Positions 23,856 to 36,465 of a stretch of DNA of 64,000 nt are shown here, in pieces. The DNA comes from Mobula birostris (taxonomy: Eukaryota). Below the pieces are notes generated by a model. It was given only the letters and a program-made list of their open reading frames with translations, was not told where the DNA came from and ran no database searches. Positions within the stretch are counted from its first letter, which is position 1. Each line of letters opens with the position of its first letter. The DNA lies in NCBI RefSeq assembly GCF_030028105.1, contig NC_092392.1, positions 7,332,613 through 7,396,612 of the forward strand, written 5' to 3'. The position numbers and the translations under genes are program-made.

Positions 23856-24894
23856 AAAAGTACTAAATTTCTTTCATTTATGGACATCTTCTCGTACTGT
23901 GGACTGATGACTACTTGAGGTTTTAGAAATGCTTTTGTAGCTTTTTCCAGCTTCATGCATCTCTACAATTCTCCTAGGATCCTCTGAAAGTTGCTTATGT
24001 TGAGGTATCATGCACATAAACAGATCTTTTTTGAGAAGAGCAGGCTCTGTCAAGTAACCTGACTTTGCGTGTCTTTTTCATCGGGCAAGGCACCTCTACA
24101 ACCCACACCTCCAATCCCTTCTCATTGATTGGAACGCCTGACTCCAAATAGCTTTTGTTAGAAGACATTACCCCAGAGTTTCCCATGCTTTTTTGAGCTT
24201 AGACTGTAATTGTTTAAATGGTGTACGAGAAGAAATACAATTGTTCATGTACAGTATTCTTTGTTTAGGCAGATTGAGTTTGTTTATTATTTTGACTTGG
24301 GTGAAGATCAGACTAGATTTTGAGTAACTAATGCAAAAAATCATGTAATGTTAAAGGGTCCACAGATTTTTTTCTTGAACTGTATTTTTTGATCCTTAAC
24401 TGATTGTTGTCGCGCATCCTTGTGTGTTAGGTACTGAATGGAGTGTGAGAGTGCCTTCTAGGTAGATGACTAACAAGTAAAATAAATAGTGGCACATTTG
24501 TTCCTCACCTCTCTGTCTCTTGTGTGTTATTCATGGCCACCCAGCTTTCCAGTACCATGAACATAACAGAAGCTGTAAGTGAAATAATACGGTAATGCTA
24601 TGCTGCTCGTGAGTGATATAAGTGTTTAAGATGGAGGTTGGAGTGCCAGTCTAATGGATTGAATGATATGGTGCTTCTTGACTTTTGTTGAAATTGCATT
24701 CATCAGGCCAAGTTCAAATTATTCCATTATGTGCCTGAATATTACTGGAATGATTTCAAGTTGTCAGTGTAAGTGCAAGTTTACGCAATCAGTGGGATAT
24801 AGCAAGAATACTGTTTTGGACCTGGTCCAGTTAAATTTATGCCAAGTTGCAACCAGATAATGGGATTGAAGAAAAATGATTAATGCTATTTAGT

Positions 24895-25710
24895 GATAAT
24901 CAGAATCAGGTTTAATATCACTGGCATATGTCATGAAATTTGTTGTTTTGTGGCAGCAACACCTAATAATAAAAACGATAAATCACAGTAGGCATGTATA
25001 TGTGTGTGTCATTGGTGACATACCAGGTCTCCTCAAATTCCAGTGAATATAGCTGCTGTCATGATGCCTTTGTAATTGCATTAATATGTTGGGCCCAGGA
25101 TAAATCTTGAGAGACATTGAAACCCAGGATCTTGAAAATGCTCACCCTTTGTACCCTGTTGTCTTGATGATGACTGGTGTGTTCCCTCGACTCCCCTTCC
25201 TGAAATCTGCAATAAATTCCTTGGTCTTACTGACATTGAGTGCAAGATTGTTGTGCAAAACCACTCAACTAACTGAGTTATCTTGCTTCTGTATGTTTCC
25301 TCATCACCATCTGAGATTGTGCCAACAATAGTACTGTCATCAGCAAATTTATTGTTGGGATTTGAGATATGCCCAGGCACAGAGTCATGGGCTGAACAGG
25401 CATTCATGAGGGGCATCAGTGTTGATTGTCAGGGAGAAGGCGATGTTATTTCCAACCCGCACAGTCTGTAGTCCCTTACTGAGGAAGTCAAGGATTCGGT
25501 TGCAGAAGGAGGTACAGAGGCCCAGGTTTTGGTGCTTGTTGATTAGGACTGGGGATGTGATTATGTTCAAAGCTGAGCTGATATCAGTAAGTAGCAGCCT
25601 GATGCAGGTATTACAATTGCCCAGGTGATCCAAGTCTGAGCGGAGAGCCTGTGAGATTGCATCCGCTGTGGACCTAGTGTGGCGATAGGCATATTGTAGT
25701 GGGTGCAGTG
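24895..25710 (-). mobile_element. Rex/Babar LINE fragment (RT core plus deleted 3' end)
   Basis: Encodes IRLLLTDISSALNII, NRILDFL and KFADDSTIVG. Tail appears as aatcagaatcaggttt on the + strand. Confidence 0.85.
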
Positions 25711-25854
25711 GTGGGGGGGCAGGGGGTTGCTGATTAGATTCTCATTTGTTGCAGTTAATTATTGCTTGGCATTTGTGGGGCATGACCTTTCCTTGCTACT
25801 TCAGACAAAAGACTGAGGAATTAGGAATAGCATTGCAATTCCTCATCTCAGCTA

Positions 25855-26000
25855 TTTTGTATAATAGAGGAATTAAAGGTTATGGGGAAAAGGCAGGTAG
25901 GTGGAGATGAGTCCATGGCTGGATCAGTCATGATCTTACTGAATGGCAGAGTGGGCTTGATGGGCCAGATGGCCTACTTCTCCAATTTCTTCTAACCTTT
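25855..26000 (+). mobile_element. CR1 3' end
   Basis: Matches the reverse complement of 52810-52940. Confidence 0.75.
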
Positions 26001-27469
26001 ATTGCAAGAACTTTATCACATGAGCTTACGAAGAAGTATAAGAATATTTTCCTGATGAATTCCTCCAATGATGTGCAGTGACCATAGCCATAATCCTTTC
26101 TACTAGATCAGGCTATAGCGAGTGGAGAGCTTCTCCTGATATGAATGGGCTTTAAATGCTGGTGAGACTCCTTGACCACATGTTTGATCATATGCTACCT
26201 TGATGCTGAGGCGAATTGCTCTCACCTTTCCTTCAAACTACAGCACTCTTGTCCATAATTGTACTAGTAGTTCTAGCCAAATCCTCTTTTATGCTTTCTT
26301 GCGCAGAGTATATGTAATTGTGGAATGTGTGCCTGGCTCTTCATAAAAGTGAGAAGGTTTGAGGTCGAGGGTAGTGGCTATATGATGAGAAGGGAAACCA
26401 ATAGTTGCAAGAAATTCATTTTATTTTTCTTTGCTCATTACCAAGGTAAGGAGTTGAGAAATGTCAGAGAACATGAATCAATAAATAGATGGACAAGGTG
26501 TTTTTAATAGTCTTTGGGGAGCATTTTTTTGATTACAAGAACTTGAGTGTCATGATTTTGATGGAAGTTTTTATTAGTAATAAACCAGTAGAAATGGGCC
26601 AGAAGTTTGAGCTAGTGATGTGAGCAATAGAAGTTGCACTCTATGCTCTTATTAAAACATTATTTTGACTTGTTTTCAAACAATTGATTGAATTAGGAAG
26701 TCCATCCTATTGAGTTTCTTAGAATATATGGTCCTAAACTCCTTGAATATGTCTTTCAGCATCTTCAGTTTGAACTACAGAAGTGGGAAATTTAGTCCAA
26801 CCAGCTTGTTTTGTTCTTAATATCCCATGTGTCTGTAGCCGTTCCATCACGGCTTTCCAGGATGTCCTCAGTTCTCTTTTCCTTGATATATTCTCTATAT
26901 TTTTCTTTTCAACTTTGAATGAATTGAATTGAGCACTTGTAGTATTACTACAAATTAATTGCTCTCGAGTTAATAAATTCTTGTCTTTTGGAATTATTGC
27001 TTATTATCTTATTATGACCACTAACATCTCATATATCCCTCCCATTTTTAAGAAAAAGGCAGGAAGTATTTTTGCACCGTTAACATTTCATTTCTGCTAC
27101 CATCCTCAAATCCCTTTTCTCACTTCAGAGATTCTTTGTTCACAATTTGTAGTGTAGAAATTTGAGAAAACCAGAAAATACTAGAAAATATCAACAAGGC
27201 AGACAAAACTGGTTGAAGACCCTTTGAAACTACTGATTTGCCTGATGAGTCTTCCAGAATGTTCTGTTTTATTTTGCAATTTTAATCATTTCTTCCTCTG
27301 TATCTTTAGATTCCTTTTTTCTTCTATTCAGTTCCTTGTTTTCATCTTATCGTGTACCTACCATTGTGTGGCACCTCAAATGCATCTACTTAATTAACTT
27401 AGTTCTTTGTGAATTAACTGGAGTCTGCAGGTTTACTATTTTAAAAAAATAGTCTTTCAGTACAATATG

Positions 27470-27900
27470 GAATGGGAAGAAAAAGAGACTACAAGGATGT
27501 GCACATGATCCACATCATAACAGATTCCAATAACAGCCAGATTGACCACAGCCTTTTTCAACTGCCCATCAACGTGGATCCAAAAGAATGCAGCAACAGA
27601 AACACTTACTTGATCATTTGAAAGCCACGGTCTCTGAAACAGAAGTTTTCTTAGTCAGCTCCTTAGGCAATTCCAAATCAACAAAGGCCAAAGAAGATCC
27701 ACAGTGAGAGGATTACTCTAAAGTCCACCAAAGTTTACCTCTGTAAAGAGATTCATGGATACATGAGTACTGGTTTAAGAATTTCTAAGAGATCTGGGAT
27801 CTATCTAACAAATCACATGACATTCTTGCATTTTAAGCTGTATCATAATTCAAGAAATGAAAAAAACTTTACTGGCAAAAAAATGACAAAGAAAAAATAG
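27470..27900 (+). mobile_element. Highly degenerate RTE-like fragment
   Basis: A-rich block with remnants of DVH.. and DH motifs and gagtactggttt. No clean frame. Confidence 0.35.
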
Positions 27901-28053
27901 ACTGTAAAGAGATCAGCAACTAACCATTAAATTTCTTTTAAATGAAGCAGATACCATAGAAGTGTGTCAGGTGCATTAAACAGACACATGGTGGACCATG
28001 TGTAGGCAGATGGGAATAGTTAGATTTGCCTCATGGTTAATACAGATACAGTA

Positions 28054-28348
28054 TGTGTGGCCTGGGGAAAATTACACACACAGGACAACAAATACTTTTT
28101 CGGGTCTTTACTTCCTTAATCTGTTTTAGATGTTTTAATGCAGAAAGAGGGTATCAAAATAAAAACGATGAAATTAATTTAAATAAGAACATAGTTCCCA
28201 CTGTTACAATCTCAGCATAATTTCAGACCACTCCCTTGTTACGTATGCAGCAGGGAAGTAAATAAAACAAAATATGCAAAACCAATACGTAGTGACAATT
28301 CTAAAAAAATACAAACGTTAGAATCCCACCAACCCTGTACCTTCTACA
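28054..28348. mobile_element. Possible short solo LTR
   Basis: TG...CA termini (tgtgtgg...ttctaca) with imperfect flanks cagta/cagca. Confidence 0.3.
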
Positions 28349-28720
28349 CAGCATCAAAAATATAAATAAATACATCTTATCCAATTAAGATGTAGTCTGC
28401 CACCTGATAGCTCCAAGAAAAATGTAGGGAGCAGCATACTTTTTTTTTCTATTTGATATAAGGCTTGACTCTTTTATTCTGGCTGTGCTGTGGTGAATCC
28501 TTATCAAATTTACACTAATAAGTTTGCTTGCTTTCAATGTGTGCAGTGCAATTGCATGCAGGCCATAAATCTAATCAATAAGTCTATTGTATCCAATTGC
28601 CGGCCAAGGCTAACTTGAGCTGTGCAATTTTTCCAAATCTCTTCGTAATCTTCCTTGCAACATTATTGCAGCTCATAAAAAAAACCTTCCAAAGGAGTGG
28701 AGCTAGTCTATAGATCAAGA

Positions 28721-30077
28721 CATTGGGCCCCAACCACCGGGCCGCAGACCAGTACTGGGCGGCAAAGCAAGTGCACCAGACCACGAGGAAACAATATGAT
28801 TTGGCGATATAAGTCAGCTGCACTTTTCCTCATTCCCTGTCATGCCCACTGTTGAACTTGAACGCACATGAGGTCATTACGCACGTGTCATCCATGTCAG
28901 CGAGGGAAGAAAATCAACTCCTCGAGCTTGCAAATGATGGTGGGCTGAAAAGTATGTTTGACATAACATCTCTGCCAACATTCTGGATCAAAGTCAAGGC
29001 TAAATATCCTGAGATAGCCACGAAAGCACTGAAAACGTTGCTTCTATTTCCAACATCATATCTCTGCGAAGCGGGATTTTCTGCAATGAATGCAACAAAA
29101 ACTAAATTGCGGAATTGACTGGACATAAGGAACCGCCTTCGAGTATCACTGTCTCCCATCACCCCTCGATGGGACTGTCTTGTTGCAGGGAAACAAGCCC
29201 AGGGCTCCCACTGATTCAGTGATATTGGTGTGTTGCAATGATTTTATATGTTCATACGAGGAAAATATGCACAGTGTGTTTAATATCCAAATGTTACTTA
29301 AAATGTTATGATGTTATTAACTTATTGACTTATCACTATATTCATGCGAGGAAAATATGCGCTGTGTGTTTAATATTAGATTCGTTAGATAAACACTTTT
29401 AGAAATAAAATTGAGTATGTTAGCCACTTATGAGTGACTTAAAGTTGACTTATCACCTATATTCCAGTTGTGATTAACACCTCCCTCCCCTCCCCAAACG
29501 CTTGCCAACTGTCCCGTATTAGCCGGGACATCCCATATATTGGGCTAAATTGGTTTGTCCCATACAGGACCGCCCTTGTCCCGTATTTCCCCTGCTTAGG
29601 TAGAGCGTTCCTATGAAACTGTTCATGCCGAAATGGCATAAAGCGAAGAGGCAATTACCATTAATTTATATGGGAAAATTTTTTGAGCGTTCCCAGACCC
29701 AAAAAATAACCTAACAAATAACACATAAAACCTAAAATAACACTAACATATAGTAAAAGCAGGAATGATATGATAAATACATAGCCTATATAAAGTTGAA
29801 ATAATGTATGTACAGTGTAGTTTCACTGAACAGAATCACCAAAACCGATTTGTAGAAAAAAAATCGGCACGTACACTCGTGCACACAGGTGCCCGCGCAA
29901 GGCTTCATGGTCATGGTAGTCTTTCCTCAGGGTAAACACAAGTGTCCCTGCTACTCTTGTTCCTTATTTGGGAGTGAGACAGTTAGCAACCCTTCCCCCC
30001 GCCCCGGGTCAACCAATCTGCAAGAATATTGTCAATATTAAACCAGTCTGCGGTGCGATAAAGGTTGGGGACCCCTG
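28721..30077 (+). mobile_element. hAT Charlie/Buster deletion derivative
   Basis: TIRs cattgggccccaacc / ggttggggacccctg with imperfect 8-bp TSD gatcaaga/aattaaga. Encodes the hAT dimerisation motif FWIKVKAKYPEIATKALKTLLLFPTSYLCEAGFS. Same family as 34488-36465. Confidence 0.9.
29499..29993. mobile_element. Nested TIR element (Tip100-like ends) carrying Tigger-derived sequence
   Basis: Ends are gcttgccaact / agttagcaaccct with tgtcccgtatt subterminal repeats. The block is absent from the sister element at about 36390. 29605-29810 is homologous to the reverse complement of about 6870-7080. Confidence 0.65.
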
Positions 30078-30492
30078 AATTAAGACACTGTTTATTCTTT
30101 GTCATCTGAACTGTAGTACTATAACAGATTTGGAGTTTGAGAGGTTTGATGAGTCTACAAACTGGTAACAGTGATTTTTTTGCAAATGAAGCATGAGACT
30201 CTTACTGGTCTGCTTGAAAATTGATTTGACAGACAAATTATTTTAGATGCAATAACATCTGTAATTAACTATTGAATTTGTTTTGCTGGTCACACTATTG
30301 GATTATAGTTATTTATTAGTAGATTTTTTTTGAATACAATGAAGTCTGCATGACCCATCTACATCAATCAGTCAAGATATTTCATTAATTTGGAGACATG
30401 ATTTAGGATATTTTATGAATATTCAGGATCTAAACAAAATCTGTTTGAATCTGTTTATAAAGAACTTGGGGATTGGTGTGGGTCATATAGCC

Positions 30493-31051
30493 TGTTGTAG
30501 CATGGATGAAATTACCGGAGAGACAGAGTCACTGGTAGATACAAAGCAGCTTCTTTATTCGACACAGCAAGGTACAGTAGGCATCATACGGACGGAGGCG
30601 CTTTCCGCAGAAAGGTCTGCTAGCTAAAATGTGGGCTCGATATTTATATGCTAAACACAAAGGCAATCGCTACTTAAAAGTTATAGACAATGCTTCCTTT
30701 TGAAGCTACATACAAACATCACACTTTTGGATTTCATCCTTTCCTTCTGACGCCAACATGTCTGGGTTGGTATCCACAGCCTTTAGGAATGTAAGTTAAG
30801 TCTACGATACATTTATTTGGCATTTCCCGTGCTAACATAGAAGACAATTAATATTTATAATGTATAGGTGATACTGCCTTCAAAACTACAGCATCAGGCA
30901 CCAGAAGCATCTGGTATTTACACCCTTTAGGAAGCCCATTGTGGTGGACTCAATCCACAGTCCTTTGTCAAACAGTTAAAATAGAAGTCTGGTGGCCAAA
31001 GTCATTTAAGTGTTAACAAATCATCTACCCAAAAAGAAATCCACTCTAATA
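30493..31051 (-). mobile_element. Solo LTR with 5-bp TSD
   Basis: TSD tagcc (30488-92, 31052-56) and termini tgttgtag...ctctaata. The minus strand has TATAAA (about 30643-48) upstream of AATAAA (about 30554-59). Confidence 0.75.
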
Positions 31052-34000
31052 TAGCCCTGCAAGCTAATCAATCTAATCTTCCTCCATGTATGTATTTCCC
31101 AACACTTTAACAAATGTATTGCTTAGATTTAAAATTATATGTCAGAGCATCAGTTGCTCTTTGTGGAAGAGCTCATGCGTGTGTGTAAATTTAAAAATCG
31201 GCTCCCAGTCTGAGTTTGAGTCCATCGATAGACCCTTGTAAAACCTTGACAATGTTAATCAAGTCATTTCATAACACAGAAATTTGAAAGGATGCAGTCC
31301 TACTTATTTAACTTTCTCTTGTAATTTCTAGGTGTAAATCTGGCAAACTGACAATGGTCTTCCTCCAAGGACAAAACTATAAAGCTATCATAGGTTGTTG
31401 TGCCTATAACTAAACACATTACTTCTGATCTGGTATAACTAGATCTTTGTCTGCAGAGTAACTTGTAACACCTACCTTCCCCATCCTCCAACAGACATAC
31501 ACAGTGTCTACTGGCTCCAGACATTTAGGCGAGTATGTATTTCATTTGCCTTGTTGATTATAAGATATACTTGCCCTGCTAAGGAAGCAGCAGAGGTAAA
31601 CAAGGACAAGCAGGTTCAATAAAGGATTAGACCTCTTGGATAACTAAGTATGACTGATTTTCTGACTATAATGAGAATAAAAATCAAAGAAACAAAATAG
31701 TAATAAAATTCTTCTGGCATCATCATTTTTAAATTTACAAAGGAAAGTTAGATGAGAATAGGGTCATTAAAGGGTTGATAGAACAAAATTACAGGCAGAG
31801 ATAATGTGATGGCAGCAATATTAAATAACTACTTCGGTTCAGAATTTACCAGTGGGACTCATCAGGCAGGCATTACATAAAATGATGAAATTTGAAGTGA
31901 GTTAACAGCATTTAAAATACATAAGTTTACATATCAGTTAATCACAGGATGTGTAAAGGAGGTAGAATCCGAAAATACAGAATTCTTTCTCAAGTGGTCT
32001 CTCAGAGTTGTGAATAGCTTCTTTATCCTCAAGTTCTTTAAGGAGGTTGAGTTCAATTTGGGATCTAAAGACTCTGCCCTGGTTGGTGCAGGAAGTGTTT
32101 AATGGGGTAGGTAGTATGAGAGACGGTGCACATTTTTTTTATATATATGCAAAGAGACTTGTGATGTTCAGTGCCATTCCAATGCTGCTTTCCCATCAAC
32201 CTGATCATTCTGACTAGTTCTGTTTAAAAGGGCAGACAAGAATACTCTTGAAGCATTTCCTCTGCTCTTCTGGTCATCTCTTGTGAAAGAACTTAAAGTA
32301 CATGTTCTGTGAATTTCGTGTTGAGGTGACAGTGATGTGGGCTGTCTGTAGGAGCTGGTTGAATGTAACTTGAATGGCAGTACTACAAATAATGGTATGG
32401 GAGAGGTTACTGCACTTGCTTATTTCAGAGGAATTAGAGAGAAAATGCATGTTGTTCTCTATTAATTTGAGATGCCCATGCCTAGCAAACTGCATTTGGA
32501 CTGAAAATCTTAAGTATACAATTTCCTGTAACGATGCGGAGGATTTCTTCAGGGATCAACCTTGCAAGTTGTGAAAGTTTATCCTGAATCCACACCTGTG
32601 GATCATACCAGTTACAATTAGTCTTATGATTGTACCAGCTTTAGTTTAATCTTGTCCTTTGCTTTTTGTTTTTGATAATTATTTTCTCTTGCTCCAATGG
32701 TAGTGAATGCAGCCCTGTTTGGTGTTTGGATGAATAACACTTTTACCATTTCCTTTAGTTCAGTCAGCTTTTAAAGTTCATTATAAGCCTCTTAGTACCT
32801 AAAGACATACAGGGATATGGTCAGCTTTTTTTGTCAGGCCTCATTTATCATGAATTATGTTTTTGCTGTGTGTTTGTCTACAAACATGCAACTTGGGGCA
32901 GAACCAAAACAGATAACAAGTTGGCTTAGGACAAAAAGAAGTGAATTTAAGCAAGGATAGTTATTCGGAAAAGATGCCTGTTGAAACACCTGTCCAGAAT
33001 GATTTTTAAATTTGTGGGTAATATAACCCTGTGAGAATTATGGAGTACTGTTACAAATTTTACAATAATTTCAATAAACATCAGAATAGCATGTAATGAA
33101 AAAATGATTTTATACCTACATAACTGGGTCATATTCAGTTTTGTTAATATTAAATTTTGGAGAAAAAATTGAAAAATAAGTCACTTGGGAAATAAGAATC
33201 TAAATTGGATAATGGAATAACGGGATCTGAGAGTACAAATAGTCAAGTCTGTGATTATAAAGGTTAATAAAACCATATGAAAATAAACCAAGCAAATAAA
33301 ATTTACTTCTCGAGGGATAGAAAGGAGAGGAGTACAGTAAGCATGATGAATTTTGGATGGTTCAAAAGTGAAATGCTATGTTTAGTTTTGTTGATATTCC
33401 TTGAAATAGTAGAGGAACAAGGAGGAAAGATGGAAGTATAAATGATCTACAAAGATAATGCCCAGCTCTGTAAGTTAACTCCTTCAGGAGAGGATTAAGT
33501 GGCTTCTACTGTTTTAGGCCAGAAATGATGTAATTCAAATATTTTTGTTGCAATTTCTGTCATTGTAGTGTATTCAATATTTTAGTAATATTGTAATTAT
33601 ATTGCATAAGTATTTGTTTATATAATTTGTTATGGGTAATATGTAAGAAGTACATACATGAAATGCATATGTCATGATGGCACAATATCATATGTAAGCG
33701 TCTCACTTTTTAAAAAATGGTCGGGGGAGGGGGAGAAATTAAGTAGATATGTAAAGGGTCTAGTGCTTTCCTGGTGTGTATGATGCATAAACTCTTCTCG
33801 GGCTTCCAGCCATTGCATAAAGAGAAGGCAAGGCTCTTTGGTCTTCCTTCTGAGGTGCCCGTGAAAATCAACACCTGTACCTGGCCAGAGAAGAGTTTAT
33901 TCATCATATATACCGAGAAGGTACTAGATCCTTTTGACTTGCCTCTACAGGGAGGAAGTTCACTGCAATATTTGTTGCTTTAAATAATCGTGTACAGAGA

Positions 34001-34487
34001 AGGTGAGGCTTCTTTGGTCTTTGGCCTTCCTTCTGAGCTGCTGGTTAAAATCAACACCCATACTCGCTGAGAAGAGTTAAGAAGTAGACATTTTTCCCGG
34101 CTCCTTGTGCTTCTCTTTTGATTAGTTTCTGGAGCTAAAGAAATGCCACTAGTGAAGAAGTAGTTTTAAATTGAACCTGAGATCACTACCTACCCGTTGA
34201 AGTGCAGCACATTTTTCTTTGAAAGGAGAGAGGGAGACATTTGAGTTAAGACAAAAACAAATGCTGTTCTGAAGGAGAAGAGAGCCTTTGAAGTTTTTTT
34301 TTAAAAAGGCAGAAAATGGGTGAAATTCACAAGCACCGTGTACAACCATGGATTCATAAACAGTGACTACCAAAAAGCTGAAATTGCTGGCTACATCGGA
34401 AAGATAGACAAACTCGATTGCATAACAGATAACTTGGTGATGTATACTGATCGAACTGAGCAGTGTTTTGAAGTAAATGAAATAGCC

Positions 34488-36465
34488 TAGTGGTCCCCAA
34501 CCACTGGGCTGCAGACCGGTACTGGGCCGCAAAGCATGTGCTACCGGGCCACGAGGAAACGGTATGAGTCAGCTGCACCTTTCCTCATTCCCTGTCACAC
34601 CTACTGTTGAACTTGAACACACGCGAGGTCATTACCCACGTGAAGACATCAGTTGGTCATTAACCTACAACTACTTGATGAATAAAAAACAAATGTCGCC
34701 TGAGAGTTTCTTTGGAAGAGATGGTAGGGGACATAAAAGGCCTAACGATGATGATAACACAGAGACAGCTGAGGCCGGGACTGCAAAAAAAAAAAGAAAG
34801 CTTCCTTCCATAGAAAATACGATGAGTCGTACATAAAATATGGCTTTATTGCGACCGGTGACTAGCACGCTCCAAGCTCCCTGTATGTGATATGTGGAGA
34901 CAAGCTGTCTAATGAGGCAATGAAGCCCTCAAAACTGCTTCAGAACCTTGAGTCCAAGCACAAGACAAACCCCGTTGAGTTTTTTGAGCGGAAAAAACGT
35001 GAGCAAGCGGAACAGAAGCAAGTGCTGAGAGCCACCGCCTCCACAAATGCTGCTACTCTGAGAGCGTCATACTTAGTGGCCAGCCGTATTGCTAAGGCTA
35101 AGAAGCCTTTCACTGTTGGTGAAGAATTGATTCTGCCTGCTGCCAAGGACATGTGCCGAGAACTGTTGGGAGAAGCTGCAGCTAACAAGATGGCACAGGT
35201 TTCTTTTTCTGCTACCACAGTTTCAAGGAGAATTGAAGGACATCGAAGCATAGCCTTTGGGATGGCTTAACGAGTCTGGTTTCACTACCCGAGTCAAAGA
35301 GGTTGCTCCTGAATGCCAGTCTACACACTGTCACACACAGGGAAATGCTGGCTAGCCAAAAAATGTCACCTGATGTTAACAGCGTATTGAGTGACGATGT
35401 TGAAGTTATCAATCACATCAAAGCCAAAGCCCTTAACTCATGTCTGAATGAGCAGCTTTGCGAGGAAATGGATGCAGAGCACAAATGCCTTCTCTTACAC
35501 ACTGAAGTCAGGTGGCTATCAAGGGGGAGAGCCCTGGCCAGTGTTTTTGAGTTAAGAGAGCAGCTACAGAGATTTCTTTCAGGAAGAAAGTCACCACTGG
35601 CAGCATACTTCAGTGACGAGGAGTGGATAGCAAAACTCGCTTATCTGTGTGACATCTTCAACCAGCTCAATGAACTCAATTTGTCACTTCAGGGGAGAAT
35701 GTCAACTGTCTTCAAGTTGGCAGATAAAGTGTCTGCTTTCACAGCCAAACTGGAACTGTGGGGACAGTGAGTGGACAGGGGCATATTTGACATGTTCCCA
35801 ACATTAACTGGGATTTTGGGAGAGACTGAGGCTGCACCGTCCTTCTTACAGCTGGTGCACGATCACCTATCTTCACTGTCGACAGAATTGGAATTACTTC
35901 CCAACCGCAAATGACCCAAGATGTGCAAAGGAATGGGTCCGTGACCCATTTGTGAATGTCCCCGGTGAATCATCTACGTCAGCACGGGAAGAAGATCAAC
36001 TCCTCGAGCTTGAAAATGATGGTGGGCTGAAAAGTATGTTTGACGTAACATCTCTGCTGGCATTCTGGATCAAAGTCAAGGCTGAATATCCTGAGATAGC
36101 CACAAAAGCACTGAAAACTTTGCTTCCATTTCCAACATCATATCTCTGCGAAGCGGAGTTTTCTGCAATGAATGCAAGGAAAACTAAATTGCGGAATAGA
36201 CTGGACATAAGGAACCTCCTTATGACTTATAATTGACATCACTATATTCATGCGAGGAAAATAGGCGCTGTGTGTTTAATATTAAATTCATTAGGTAAAC
36301 CCTTTTAGAAACAAAATTGAGTTTATTAGCCACTGATGACTTATAGTTGACTTATCACCTATATTCCGGTCATGATTAACACCCCCCTCCCCGCCGGTTG
36401 CCGGTCCACAAGAATATTGTCAATATTTAACCAGTCCGTGGTGCAAAAATGGTTGGGGACCCCTG
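34488..36465 (+). mobile_element. hAT Charlie/Buster transposon (ZBED5/Buster-like pseudo-transposase) inserted in Gypsy gag
   Basis: TIRs tagtggtccccaacc / ggttggggacccctg. Encodes BED finger ICGDKLSNEAMKPSKL..LESKH, LLLHTEVRWLSRG and FPTSYLCEAEFS, with frameshifts and an internal deletion. Confidence 0.93.

Larger units (their letters stand above)
21926..24382 (-). mobile_element. Tc1-like transposon remnant interrupted by Harbinger and L1
   Basis: Encodes VWRQKGAAHQHQNIIPTVKHGGRSIM, a Tc1 DDE-region motif. The sequence resumes at about 23856 and ends in a TIR-like TA-cagttcaagaaaaaaatctgtggaccc on the minus strand. Confidence 0.8.

Noticed and set aside
31331-31392. Possible coding exon (CKSGKLTMVFLQGQNYKAII)
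   Set aside because: The acceptor is plausible but the donor (gttgtt) is poor and the peptide is not recognisable.
34887-36236. Domesticated ZBED5/SCAND3-like host gene
   Set aside because: It is frameshifted, internally deleted, bounded by TIRs, and has a sister copy in the window, so it is a dead transposon.
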